NCBI GenBank assembly: GCA_977030845.1
Contig: OZ365113.1
Coordinates: forward strand, 26,226,001-26,290,000
Reading direction: 5' to 3'
DNA from: Fimbriosthenelais zetlandica
Lineage: Eukaryota
Length of the DNA: 64,000 nucleotides
Shown: positions 13,570-26,885 of the stretch, in pieces
How the letters are laid out: each line of letters opens with the position of its first letter
How positions within the stretch are numbered: the first letter of the stretch is position 1
Position numbers and translations under genes: made by a program
The notes under the pieces: model-generated
Seen by the model: the letters and a program-made list of their open reading frames with translations, nothing else
Databases searched by the model: none
Told to the model about the DNA's origin: nothing

Positions 13570-13932
13570 NNNNNNNNNNNNNNNNNNNNNNNNNNNNNNN
13601 NNNNNNNNNNNNNNNNNNNNNNNNNNNNNNNNNNNNNNNNNNNNNNNNNNNNNNNNNNNNNNNNNNNNNNNNNNNNNNNNNNNNNNNNNNNNNNNNNNNN
13701 NNNNNNNNNNNNNNNNNNNNNNNNNNNNNNNNNNNNNNNNNNNNNNNNNNNNNNNNNNNNNNNNNNNNNNNNNNNNNNNNNNNNNNNNNNNNNNNNNNNN
13801 NNNNNNNNNNNNNNNNNNNNNNNNNNNNNNNNNNNNNNNNNNNNNNNNNNNNNNNNNNNNNNNNNNNNNNNNNNNNNNNNNNNNNNNNNNNNNNNNNNNN
13901 NNNNNNNNNNNNNNNNNNNNNNNNNNNNNNNN
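13570..13932. other. Assembly gap
   Basis: Run of N. Confidence 1.
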
Positions 13933-14690
13933 TTATTGGATTACTCCAGGTGAACACTCCCCTAACAACCCTCCCGGATCAATTAATCTAATTAATAAGA
14001 TCAATGACGAGCAACTAAATGAATTACATCGATTAGTGGGCGCTGAGATTGTAGCAGGGGAGCGGGGGAGAGGGAAGGAACAAGCCGTTGGTGGTTAACC
14101 AAGTATATAGAGAGGCCTGCACCACTTATAAAGGCTTTATAAAATTGGTTTTGGTGATATGCATGATTGTGCGAAATATCTGCTAAATACATGATTAATT
14201 CAGGCTAATTATGTTGTTAATATAGAAGTGTCAGTGAGCCACATATTAGCTGTAGGTTGCCCAAAGTTGCTTTTCAAATGGAATTTTTAATGGGCTTGGC
14301 CTACACTGGCAATAGTTCGACAGGCCTTGCAACAATTAACAGGCCTTGGAATTATTTTTTCTAAATAAATTTTGGGCTTTTGTTCACAGCATAAGTGGAT
14401 TTGACTATTCCATATGAAGTTTGCTTGCACAGAAATTGCATATAATATGTCCAATGTTATGCCAATGATCTCAATCATTGCAAAGGGAGTCAGACGCGTT
14501 CAGAAGATGCCAACCTTTCACACAATCTTTAAAAAGATTGCCGTCATTCAAAAGATTGATAGCTGACCTCCTAAAAATTGAAGACATGATCCATAACAAT
14601 TTTAGCCGTCGTCAGCTTCAAGATTCCACCTTAATATGATGATAGATTGGGATATCTTAATGTGCACATCCATTATTTTAACACTTAATT

Positions 14691-14998
14691 CGGGCGTTGC
14701 AGAAAGAATTTTGCTTTGCGAACAAATTTGGCTTGCATAAAGTTTTGTGATTCGCCATCGCCAAATATGGCTTGGCGATTTGCATCGCTGAATCACCCAC
14801 TTTTTCCGATTTTTTGCGATGTCTTTCGCCAACAACCCATAGAAATACATAGGATTTGGCCTAATTTTGGCGAGCAGAAATTCGCGAGCAATGGGTTTAT
14901 GCAATGCATGCATTTTCTGGTCGCAAACCGCTCGCCAACACCGTTTTTTGGCGAACAGATTTTGGTTCTGCAAGGCAATTCTGATTCTGCAACGCCCG
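14691..14998. mobile_element. Single-copy MITE-like element
   Basis: Terminal inverted repeats CGGGCGTTGCAGAA / TTCTGCAACGCCCG with imperfect extension and a CpG-rich interior of repeated (t)ggcga/tcgcca motifs. No clear TSD. Confidence 0.65.
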
Positions 14999-17643
14999 CA
15001 ATAGCTCAGACGGTTTTGGGAGGGAGACACAGAGTTGCCACCCAGTAACAGAGGCACAAGAGCTGCATGTATGGATTCAACAGAGACATGCTGACGACCC
15101 TGACATTTAACTTAATTGCCAATTAGTTAGTACGACCCATGTTTTATCAACTAAGAAGAAAGAAAGCCCTATTAAAGTAAGTTGATAAAAACAGGTTTAC
15201 ATTCAATACGTGCATTGTGGTACATGTGTAGGCTACCAAGGCCATATCTGACGATGATTGCCCTAATGATCATAATGATTATATTCCATAGTCGTTGGTT
15301 GAAGTGTGTTTCAGTTAAATATGGACTTTTTGAGATAACCTTCTTTCAAAATGAGCCCAGGTTTCCGGCAAACTAAGCAAATTCTTGGTATAAAAGTCAC
15401 GACCTTTGCTTAGTGATCCTGATTTTTTTGGGACTAAAAAGCGATCTAACTTCAAGGACATTTCTTTCTTTTTCTTCAGCCTCTGGCGCCAGTCATGGCA
15501 GCCACAGCAGCTGCGGACACTGTCGTCCGTTGGCTGATCTCGCTCCCAGTGCGCATGCTTGGCATTTGGAGAGCGGAAGTGGACTGAGAATTGATGCCTC
15601 TTGGATGTCAGAGTTTTCGTTCATCAGAAAAGTTCATGCGGAAGTGCAGGATCTAACGTGCCGACCGGGATGGCATTTTTGTGGGAGTATCGGAAGCTTT
15701 CCCCGATAATGAATCTTTTTCTAGATGACTTTTAGACGAATCTCCAAACTGTGTTATGGCGGGCTGGAGAAATTGCTAATTGTGGAGACGCCGCCGCCGC
15801 CGCCGCCTTAAGTTGTGGGTTTTATTCTTTATCAGCAGTTTGTCAAAGGGGCGGGTGAAGGTGAATGGTGCAGCCAATGATCTAACCATGCTAAAGAGCA
15901 GACTTAGACCCGACAAAAAGTGGCGGATATTCTTAACTCATCATCCTATTTATGGCTTCATGGGGTGGTATTATCGATTAATCAATCCTATAATAGTATT
16001 TTATAAATAATATCTGGTATTGTGTGGTCCTACTGTGGATATAATATAAGTTAATTAGGTATAGATGTTAGAATACCCCACAATATAGGCTACGATAGTA
16101 ACTGGAGGTTTTAATATTAGCACATAAAAAATTAAGGCACAAAAAATAAACATTACTGTAAATGAAATAATTCCCCTGTCTGTGCAACCAAAATTATTTT
16201 ATGCGATAATAAGCTATAATCTTCCGGAGTGTTTTTGTAATGTGGTATTAAGTGATATTGGCATAAAAATGACATTAAATGTGGGTAAATGTCATAAAAT
16301 GTTACACCAGAGCTATAAGATTCTGATGTAGGCTATATATCTCATGCTTGTGATGACAAGATCGTCAAAGCACTAATTTGAACCGGAAAGACGAGATAAC
16401 CAAGGCTTCAGGTATTTACTGTTACATAATATAATTGATGAATCAGTCAAGCTGCGCTCACTGTGGGCAATTGAATCAGGGATGACGTCATACTCAGCAC
16501 ATGGTTATCAACGGTCAAAGTGGTCAGAGAGACGATGATAGGCACACGGGGGATTTATACAAACCACGCCCACAATGTACCGCCTATACTTCACATGTAT
16601 TTGTCTTTCTCATCCCCCTTCTGTTTCTCTCCCCCTGTCTCTTTCTCTCCTTCTGTCTATCTGTCTTCCCTGTCCCTATCTCTGTCTTCCCTACGTCTCC
16701 GCCTATCTCTCAAGATCTGTCTTTTCGTCTTCTCTGACTACCCCCTCATTCTCTCTCTTCCTTCTCTCTTCCCTTTTTCTCTCATTCCTCCTGTGAAACT
16801 TTTTAAAAGTTAACATTAGCTATAAATTCTATGCACATGATACGAGAAACAGAAAATGTTTTTTCATAACCATTTGCAATTAGGATATGTGAAGCATTTC
16901 ACCGAGTATATAGCATTACATGTACAGAGGTAAAATCATTGATTATATTGATTAATCTAAATTGGATTCATTAATATGCCAAGCCTGGTAATGAAACCTA
17001 ACATAAGTCTCTCATAAATACTCTGGCTTATCCCGGTGTCATTAGATTCGGTCGAGATTTGCAGGGATTTCTAATAGAAACAAAAAGTGCAATTTGAGAT
17101 GGAGAAACGTCCCCAGCAAATAAGATCAAAATAAGAAGCAGTGGATTTTGTTGCTTTTGCTTTTAGCAGACCAGCTTATTGCAGGTAAAAGTGAGCACAG
17201 GTGAGCAGAAAGTGAGCAAAGAGGTCATCTTCAGGATGGAATGTACCGGTACTCATTATAGGTGATTGCTGTGATTGCATAAGAGTAGTATTACCTTCCA
17301 CATCCCCGCCCAAACCATCATTAGCTTCGCCTGAAATAGCTGGCTGCAGAAAGCTTTGCAAGCATTAACATTTCACTAATATATGAGACATTCAGCCTAT
17401 AGGTAGATTAATAGCGATGTAGTACAGGGAGTGGATGGCTTTTTGATGATGATGGGTGAATAATGTTGATGCAACAGAGTTTCTACCTTCACTACAATGA
17501 TGATCATCTTTGGAAATTGTTTTCATTTTCGAGTATTTCCATATCAGGGCAAGGCAAAGCCTTTCGGATTTTGAAGGGTTCTTAAATACTCGATGAAAAG
17601 ACCAGTGTCGTCCCCTAGGCAGTGAATTAATACAATGGAAATA

Positions 17644-17832
17644 GGGTACCAAGGCAGAGAGGGGTATCAAGCTATGGAAAGGTACCAAGCGATTGGAGGG
17701 TACCAAAGCTATGGGAGGTACCAAGACAATTGTCTCGAGAGGGTACCGAGGCAATGAATGGTACTAAGGCAATGATGGGATACCACGGCAATGAGTGGAA
17801 CCAAGGCAGTGTGAGGTACCAAGGCAATGAGA
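17644..17832. repeat. Degenerate ~18 bp minisatellite
   Basis: Repeated ggtaccaaggcaatg(a/g)g-like units, about ten copies; this explains ORF 17392-17754. Confidence 0.8.
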
Positions 17833-20800
17833 GCATTGAGTCATAAAGGAAAGGTTATAAGGCTTCAATGCAAAGAAGGCCAAGAAGCTGTCATCAACAT
17901 TTAAAATTACATTGATAAACCAATAGTAAAACCAATGCCTTTAATAGAATGGAGGCGATATTCCTGATAGCCTGTAAACGATCCACCATCATGGGGACAG
18001 CTCGCCTTTGAAGGATTGAACACAAGCCACTGACTATTGTCCATTGGGTTTTGAGTGTTTGTTTCTGTTCAATGTTCAATAGAGCAGAACATCTGTTTGT
18101 GTTGTGATATGTGATCAAGCAGGGCCTCATAAATACTGTTTACATTAGGAATTTAGGCCTGCGGCTACGATGACCCTGTTTAGCAGATTTTGCTAAATTT
18201 TGCTTTAGTCCCTTTCTCATAAGCGATAACTGGGTTGGTTTGGGATCAACTTCTATCAATTTACTCCCCATCCATAATTAAATTGAATACCAGTATTTTA
18301 AAACCTAAAAACTAAAATTCTAGAAATGCACTTTTTTCAGTGGAAATCTGGCTGTCAAGATGGGGTATCATAGGAGTCGTCATTGACATTGGTGTGTTAA
18401 ATCAGGGATGTAATTGAAGACATTCCCCAGGAAATGTTTACAATATGGCCAACAAATTCATGAAAAATGGCTCCATTGCATGTCAAGGGAACCTCTCCAT
18501 GTTTGTGACCCAATTTGCTGGTCACTAGAATTTCACAGCGAATAACTGAAAAACTGAAGGCATATCCACTTGCGAGAAAATCTGGTGAGTGAAAAACATC
18601 TTTTTTTCCATTAAATTACTCCAGTGTTTATCCAACAAAGGAAATAATTGTGCATGTTGCAATAACATATTCAGTGGAACAAATTGCATCACTTTCGACA
18701 ATAAAACCATAGAAAAGAAGTTGGTATGTATATTCAGATGCAACACTTGTTGCACAAATTTTAAATTCAATGAGGACATGACGATGTACATCCATATGTA
18801 AAAGTAGAAATAAAGAGAGGAGGCCAGCGACCCGGAGGTGGGAAGCTGGGCCACCTCCCAGCCTGATTATGGAAAACCAATTCAACAGGAGACGTGTGAC
18901 TGACACCTTCTCTCTGCTGCCTTCCACAGCAATGTTAAACCAAGTCAGTTGTTAGCTTACACTGCAATAATAAAGGCTTCTCTTACCTTGTAAATAAACC
19001 CAAGTGTTGTCAGGTTATTGTATTGTGTGCCCCCCAGCAGCAGTGCTTTTCCTTTTGCTTGCTGGCATCCCCCCCCCCCCCCCCGCCCAAGTTTTTGGCC
19101 AAAATATGTCACAGTCCAAAGTTCAATATGTCTTGAATGTTGACTGTTAATATTTTAAATCTCTACCTTGTAACATACAAACTCAAGTGATGTTAACACT
19201 TATTAATAATGTTTGCCCTCGGGCAATTGTTCCTTTTGTCCAAAATATGATTGTCATAATCCTAGAATAATGTCATGAATGTCAATTCTTGGGGGGTCGC
19301 ATTGAAGTGGGGACCTTTTCTTGTGAATGACAATTGAATGTTCTTAAAAAGTTGATGTTAGAATGTTCCCAAAAATAAAAACTGAAGGAAAGACTGTATG
19401 TGGGAGACAATCTGAAAACCCAGTCTGAAACACACATAAGTATATAGGTGGCAAGGAATGAGCTGAACTGGAAGGAAGAGAAAAATTAGAAAGAGGATCA
19501 AGACCAATTAAAGGTGGGATTTACCTGCTTGTCTGCTGCCGTCCAAGAAGAGCAGAGTGGTGGTCAAGAGCAATCTGACCACAGTCCAGCCAACTGCCCG
19601 TCCCCCGCTCCAAACAGCTGTACATTCCAAGGTGGACATCCTCCAAGGCATTCCTCGTGATTGGAATGGATAAATTCCTCGTGTGTTGTAACACCTCCTC
19701 TCGTCCTCAATATACTGCCACTCACTTACTGGCCAGACCAACTCTGACCAACTTTCCTTCACGGATTGGGGTTCCACAAGGAATCATGAGTACAGGGTAT
19801 ACATCCAATCTTCATACGTTTCACACTGGCAACTGGAGCCAACAGAGTGCTGACACTCGCGATACTTGTGGGTTTTTTTGCCTGTTAATGTGTAAAAAAC
19901 ATAACATGAGAAACTGTTGCTGATGTTAATAACTCAGTTATGTTATACTATGATATGTCATGGACGGATGAGATAAAGAGGAGACGCTTCCCATTAATAT
20001 TTTTATCCAGACGTGACTGGGTTTTAAGATAGTAATGACTTTTCCCACTCGTCATGTGCCTGAAATAATCTTTCGTAAACTCCAACAAACAAATGCCTCC
20101 AACCTTTATACCGTAAACCAAAATATTTTTTTGATGTACTGAATTTTCAATATGTATAAACAAACCACCAAGGAAACAACCGTCAAAGGGTCAGACCTAT
20201 AATCCTAAATATTGTCATGGCAATATGAAATCGAAAATGTAAATTTTGCAAATGAAAGAATTATTATATGAGTTCCAAGTCTGTTGGAAGTTTGCACACA
20301 CTTTGCCCTTGCTTGATAGCCTTCCTATTTAGCGGGTAATCTCATTTCCCCGGGGAATGGATGGACTTGGAGGAATGCTTTTAAGGGCGATGATCTATAG
20401 AAACCCTGGAGTAAAGATTAATGGTATCCTTCCAGGTGGTCCGTGATGAATGCAGTGACAAATATTCAGGGGCTTGCTTAGTGAACTAGCCACGCGTGTG
20501 AAACCCAAGCAGTGAGAATCTATATCTTTAGAGGTTAATCCTTGAGTTAGTGTAGTATACTCATTGGTGAGATTAATGATGCTGTCCAGGGAGCGAATCC
20601 TCCACACACCACTGCTTATAACTGCACAGGTGAGTAGTGCTCCAACTCACGGAGGAGGAGGAAAAGTTAGCCAGAGGTGCTGTGCTCCGGTGGAGGAGGA
20701 GGTGGGAGTGGTAGAGCAGCTGAAGATCCTCACCTGGAGACCACTGTCCCTCCGTGAGACAGTGAGTGGTAGGTATAGGAGACCCAGGAGGAAGGTAGGG

Positions 20801-21776
20801 TCACTGGAGGAGTGACCAGGTAAGGTTTAACACCTCATCTCTCAATGACCGACCTTCTGACCGACCCAGGAGGCGGTGACACAGGGTGGTATGGAATAGC
20901 TACCTGAGACCAGTCGTATAATAATGGGTATATAGACCGCGTCTGATCTCTCACTCGCTGTCAACCCCCCCTGGATGTGTAAACTCACTGGAGGTATAGG
21001 GGGTAGCAATGGCACCACAGTCTACTGCCATCTAAACAACCAAGGTAACCCAATCACTCCAGTAACCCAGCCCAGAGTGGGTGTGTATATATTGAGGGGC
21101 AGTATGAGGGGTAAAGTTAGATCTCTGTAGTGTGAGGGCAATCAGGTATATGGGCTATCCTTCCACACAGGTGCAGAACAAAGGGGTATATATCCACTGA
21201 TCTTACAATATCAATATCAATCCAAATCAATGGTCAATATATAGGAAAATAACTCCTCACTTATGGGTATGAATATCGTAAATATTATCCTATATGTATC
21301 CAAAATATAATTAGCTAGGAGGTGGGAGGGGTGAGAGAAGGCGAGTTAAATGTGTGTCTCTCTCACTCTCCCACGACGTCGTCAGGAGTTCTAGGTCTCA
21401 ACTGTTGAGAACAAATGGGAGGAATGAAGGGGGAGACTGAGTGACTGTGTGTAGGAGGGGGGAGGAGGTGGTGGTGAGGTCCAACTCACTCACCTTGAGA
21501 GATCTAGCCAGCCAGCCGCTGCTTCATGCATGCTCCAGTGTAGTAGCTCCCCAGTCCACTGCTGCTGCCTCCGTCTCCTCTGTTGCTCCTGCAACTCCTG
21601 CTGATTCAGTCAGAGAGCGTGTAGGAGAGCTTTAGGTCCCTCTCCCTCACACACTGGAGGAAGCTGAGTGAAAGGGGAGTTACTGGAGCAAGAGGAGGTG
21701 TGGGAGGTGGAGGTGGAGTAGGTGGGAGTAGCTCAAAAAGCAAGGAGCACATGGAGTCAAACATCCAGCGCTGAAT

Positions 21777-21913
21777 NNNNNNNNNNNNNNNNNNNNNNNN
21801 NNNNNNNNNNNNNNNNNNNNNNNNNNNNNNNNNNNNNNNNNNNNNNNNNNNNNNNNNNNNNNNNNNNNNNNNNNNNNNNNNNNNNNNNNNNNNNNNNNNN
21901 NNNNNNNNNNNNN
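21777..21913. other. Assembly gap
   Basis: Run of N. Confidence 1.
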
Positions 21914-22278
21914 GGAAGGGTTCCCTCCTTTCCACTACGACTGCCACTACTCGCACTGCCACACCTTTAAGCTTGGGGCCACTCTATCCATCCCTATTAA
22001 GCGTGGGAGAAAGGCATGGAGCGAGACAAAGAGTCTGCATCTATCCGTGCAGTCTGGAATTCTTGAGGGCGAGGCAGGTGTATATATATATGGGTTGGTT
22101 GGATTATAGATCTCATTTCTCAAGCATTGCTCCAGAATAGGCTTTCCTTCCTTCAAACTCTCGATCACTTATAGGAAAGCAGCCTCAACCTACTAAAACC
22201 CAACATATTTTTCCTTAGAGTGAGGGAGGGAGAGGGATGCTGTTTCAGGGTTGTTAGTCCTTTTGTTTCTACATTTTA

Positions 22279-22505
22279 GGGTAGCTCCACTTGGGTTCTT
22301 TTGCCTTGCGAGTGTTGCAATTTTCTTGGTGCTAGTCCTTGTGCATATACTTGACCCTTCTATGGCTATACAACTGCTATATCTGACATATCACCCATGA
22401 ATAAATATTATAGTACAGTATATATTAACCCCTCCCAATTAGCAAGCCCTTCCTAGTGCAATTACACTTACAACAGATGCGGTAGAAAATCCAGTGGAGC
22501 TACCC
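22279..22505. mobile_element. MITE family E (GGGTAGCTCCA TIR)
   Basis: GGGTAGCTCCACT...AGTGGAGCTACCC. Interior motifs (ttttgccttgcgagtgttgcaatttt; agcaagccc.t.ctagtgca.ttacac) recur about nine times in the window. Confidence 0.75.
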
Positions 22506-23094
22506 CATGAGAGCATAGAAAATACATCGATTAAGATAATCATAAAGGGTTTTGTCTCTAAACATTGTATGTAGGACTTCCCCCACATCCCTTTTGTCTT
22601 CCACCACACACAAGTTTACGGGCATTTCCAGGATAACGGGACAGGAGAAGGATCATAAATCAAAGGTTATAAAGCCTGAAGGCACAATGCTGTGTCGGCT
22701 GCCTATAGCCAGCATACTGCCAATTAGAGGAAAATGACCCTCGTCTTATGTAATAAATCCCAGCACCTGGTCCACCATGGAGGATTTCCCATTACACGTA
22801 GAAATAAATCAAAGTTTGTGGTATGAATAAATCCCGCGGATTTCAAAGAGAAAGAATGCAAGACATCGACCATGAATTGATTCATAAAATTAACCACAAA
22901 AGTAAAAAAAAAAAAAATGATGAGTTTTTAAGATTAGGTAGCCTATATATAAGCAGGATTGTTGTACCTTGTTAGATAAGTGAATAGTGGAATTAATTAT
23001 GTGAACAGACTGCTTTCGACGCCAAATGCATACCAGCTGAATCTTAAATTGTACGTTTCCTCAAAGCCTTGGTGACAAGACTAGTGATGTCTAA

Positions 23095-23275
23095 AGCCAG
23101 GAATACACTAATCCGATTCTCTATCCGGAGCCATCCGATCCATGTCAGAAACTGTATTTCTATTCACACCAAATGCTTGTAATTTGAACAGACCTTTACA
23201 CCTAGGTAAGGCTAACCACTGAAACAATTTCAATCTTTAAATGTCATTAGAAATAGGGTATCGGATGGCGACCGC
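23095..23275. mobile_element. MITE family C, right TIR missing
   Basis: TAA|AGCCAGGAATACACTAATCCGATTCTCTATCCGGAGCC start, collinear with 24804-25017. Confidence 0.8.
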
Positions 23276-23971
23276 TTAAGAATAGTGTGTCTAAAGTTAG
23301 TTTGTTTCCCATCTTAACCAAGGTCAAACATTGGTATATATACGCTTCTCACCTGAGATAATATTGACCGTGGTCAGCATGACTGGTCAGCTGTATGTAT
23401 GTAGTAAGGACAATGTCCAGATAGAGGAGGAAGTGGTCAATATCAGCAGCTCAATACATGGTCACTTTCACGCTACAATGAACCTGTAAACAAGGATGTA
23501 AACACGGGCGATAAGACAAAGTAAACAGACGGATTTAATTGATGGTGAAAGTTTGTGTGTGAGGGTGAGGGTGGAGAGAAGGGGCTGGAATCCTATTTCT
23601 GGGTAAAAGCTTTAATTATGTGTACGTCCATTGCACATGCACTATAGGGATAATGGTATAGTAATGTGATTTTATTAAGGACATCTATTTGGTTTGATAA
23701 AAGACTCAAAACCGACATTAAGTCATTTTAATCAATCTTCCAAATTTCACTGAAAAAATAAGGACAATCTTTTTGAAAGTGAAACATTAATATGGGAGCA
23801 TAATTATCTGAGAACGGAAGGAGAAATAATCCCTCATTATCAGGAAATGGTGAGGGACAGGACACATTTTTGCGGAAATGACATAAAGAAATATTGGGTA
23901 ACCCCCGCCCCTCCAATAGTTTTTTACAGGCAGCAGGACGTGTGGTTGTGCCACAACCTCAACTGGCTTTG

Positions 23972-24288
23972 TTTTTTTAGTTTTTTTTAGTTAGAATTTG
24001 TATAGAGCCATATTATTGGTGAAGCCAGCTCACACTCTTGATGATACAAGTTTTACGTATGGTTTTCAGCTGGGGGCTCTTTATCTACGTGCACATCTAC
24101 ATTGCCTTCTGCGCAATGGATAATTCTGGTGCATGTGCTCTAGAACGTATGTACAACACACCAACACCCTGAGGAGGGAGGCATTGGAAATGCCTTGGAC
24201 AGCTCGGGGGATTGAACCGCCGACCCTTCGATCATTGGTCAATCACCCTGTCTGAGCTGGCGCTCTAACCAACTGAGCTAGCTCCCCC
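23972..24288 (-). mobile_element. tRNA-derived SINE family A, full-length copy
   Basis: Reverse complement matches 59237-59530 from the head (ctctaaccaactgagctagctcccc) to the A-rich tail (tttttttagttttttttagttagaattt). Confidence 0.85.
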
Positions 24289-24803
24289 CCTTGTAATGCT
24301 AGATGGTGTTAACCATGATTTCTGTTCAATATTATGTTTGGTAATTTGCGGATAGAAACAGATAGAAAATTAAAGATAGATTGCAGCCTCTCTGTTGCAA
24401 AAACCGAATTAAATCTCCTTTTCAATGTGTTTCATTTTCAGTTGAAAGCGTTGATCATTTGTAAGAAAAATAATTCGACGTTTCATACTTTCTTTCTCAC
24501 TTTGATCATCTGAAATGGATGTTATAACATACATGCATTATGAATGGACAAGGGCGAGATTCGATCATCTAAAATGCAGTCTCTCCTCCCTCAGGACTGC
24601 TCACTCCGAGACCGCAGCACGATCAAACGAAGCAAAAATGCATCAATTGATTAGCAGAGAAATTTTAATTAGGCCTCGCCCCGCGGGGGAAACAAGGTAA
24701 CATCCCCAAGGACAAAAGAAGTGGAGGGAAAACGGTGATAATGGTCCGCACTGTTGTCTGGGAACAATAATCTGTTAGAGATGATGCGGGGCTGGGTGCT
24801 TTT

Positions 24804-25017
24804 AAGCCAGGAATACACTAATCCGATTCTCTATCCGGAGCCATCCGATAGCTGTCCGAAACTGTATTTCTATTCACAACAAATGCTTGTAATTTGAAAA
24901 GCCCTTTACGCCTATAGGTAGGGCTATCCATTGACAAAATTTCAATCTTTAGATGTCATTAGAAATAGGGTATCGGGTGGCGACGGATTGGAAAATCGGA
25001 TTAGTGTATTCCAGGCG
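24804..25017. mobile_element. MITE family C (PIF/Harbinger, Tourist-like), intact
   Basis: TIRs AGCCAGGAATACACTAATCCGATT / AATCGGATTAGTGTATTCCAGGCG, flanked by TTA on both sides; 214 bp, no ORF. Confidence 0.85.
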
Positions 25018-26644
25018 TTATACCACCACAGATTGGGGAGCCTCCTAATGGGGAAAAGATGGGGGAGGGGGGTACAGATACTGGTAGAACTGAGATTTCG
25101 GATAGGGATGGAGAAGGGGAAGAGCTTGGGGAGGGTGATGGTACGGAGGGTAATGGGAATGCAGATAGGAAAGGTTGAGACTAGGGAAAGTGGGAAGAGA
25201 ATCGATAAATTAACAAAAGGATAAATACATACGTCTATCCCAAACCTCCATACTGTTAGCCCATTCGTTGGTAAGATATCCAACTCAAAGCAGGCTTTCG
25301 CCATGGAATATTTACCGCGTAATTGGCATTTCATGATCCAAAATGATTAGGGAATAATTGGTAAATGAATATGAATGATTGAAAGTGATTTAAGTCCACA
25401 TAAGGATGTGCTTACGAGGATTCCCATCCTGTTTTACCTCTTCATTTGGTATTTACCGCCTGAGAGTAATTATAAAATCAATGTTTTCTTTGTGATATAC
25501 GAGTAAATTGACTGCAATTGCACTTCGCGCAGGCGGAGGTGAGAATTTTAAGGCGAGAAACGTTCCAGGAACTGGGTGTTATTTTTTGAGCTCTCAAAAT
25601 GTTCCAATTCCATCCCTCGCCATCCATAAAGAACTCTGACCGCCCCTAATATGAAAATAATAGGCGGAGGCCTGCCGCTCTGCAGCGGTTTCTGATAAAA
25701 AATCATTATTTAACACTTTGGGGTGACAAAAGGGGCTGTGGAAAAAGGGGGCTAGAAGAAAGGGAAGAGGGACAATGGCTGGCAATGAATCACGATGAGA
25801 AAGGAGCGATGGAAATGAGAACACTATAGCTCTGCCCTCAAATACCCCCCCCCCTCCCCCTCCTCCCCCCATCCATCGGCAATTCCCTCAATTCTCTTGT
25901 ATTTACAAGTCTTTGGCCATCATCCTCTTGCGAGTTTGTCCTTTTGTTTAGCTCTTCTTGTTTTTTGGGAAAAGATGGCGGTTTGGAACTAAATTGCTGA
26001 TTAAAGTTGCAACCAAATATGGCGGGGAGATTATCTCAAGCAAATCTTCGTATAGTGGGATTTCACATTTCTTGATAAAGAGTCTGTGAGTAGTAAAACA
26101 GAAAAGGCAGGTGGAAGGAGTTGTTTAGGAGGACTTCATTAAGGAGGCGTCATGTTTTAACAAGGTTTTCATGTTTTCTCGTCGTACGATCACCCCTCTT
26201 CTGTTCCCAGTTTGTCCTCTCAAGTATGTTCAGTGAACTATAAAAGCACCATCCCCCTCTATACCTCTTCACTCTAAATGCACTCAACAAGGAGGCAAGG
26301 CAAGCTCAAAGGCAGTTGAAGGATCAGGCGTGGAATTGATTCGATCATCTGGTAAGGGACATTATGATTACCTCGGTCTAATCCTTTAAGTGGTGCTTTG
26401 TACGGGGTTACATAAACCTGAAAGAGGTTGTGGAGGAGAGAGTGGGAGTGGAGATAGGGAGGGAGTGAGATAGGGAGCGAGGGAGGGAGGGAGTGAAGGA
26501 GAGACGGAGGTAGGGAGGGAGCGAGGGAGGGTTAGGGAGAGAGGACAGTGGACAGAGAGAGACGGGATGGGAGGATTGGGAGAGTGAAGTAAAATGGAAG
26601 GAAGAAGGGGTAAAGGTAAAGCTGAAGAGGGTGAATAGGGGAAA

Positions 26645-26885
26645 NNNNNNNNNNNNNNNNNNNNNNNNNNNNNNNNNNNNNNNNNNNNNNNNNNNNNNNN
26701 NNNNNNNNNNNNNNNNNNNNNNNNNNNNNNNNNNNNNNNNNNNNNNNNNNNNNNNNNNNNNNNNNNNNNNNNNNNNNNNNNNNNNNNNNNNNNNNNNNNN
26801 NNNNNNNNNNNNNNNNNNNNNNNNNNNNNNNNNNNNNNNNNNNNNNNNNNNNNNNNNNNNNNNNNNNNNNNNNNNNNNNNNNNNN
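26645..26885. other. Assembly gap
   Basis: Run of N. Confidence 1.

Noticed and set aside
14602-15057. Overlapping 151 aa and 110 aa ORFs
   Set aside because: They lie largely within the MITE-like element 14691-14998 and have no transposase motifs.
17644-17832. CRISPR-like or coding repeat array
   Set aside because: The units are contiguous and degenerate with no unique spacers or cas genes; this is an ordinary minisatellite in eukaryotic DNA.
19600-19800. KAF...GVPQG resembling LINE reverse transcriptase motifs
   Set aside because: The catalytic D after KAF is missing, the spacing is about 12 aa too short, and SVLGP/YADD does not follow.
20520-20610. SIINLTNEYTTLTQGL resembling the Penelope VINLS...KGL motif
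   Set aside because: Too short and poorly matched, with no RT or GIY-YIG sequence nearby.
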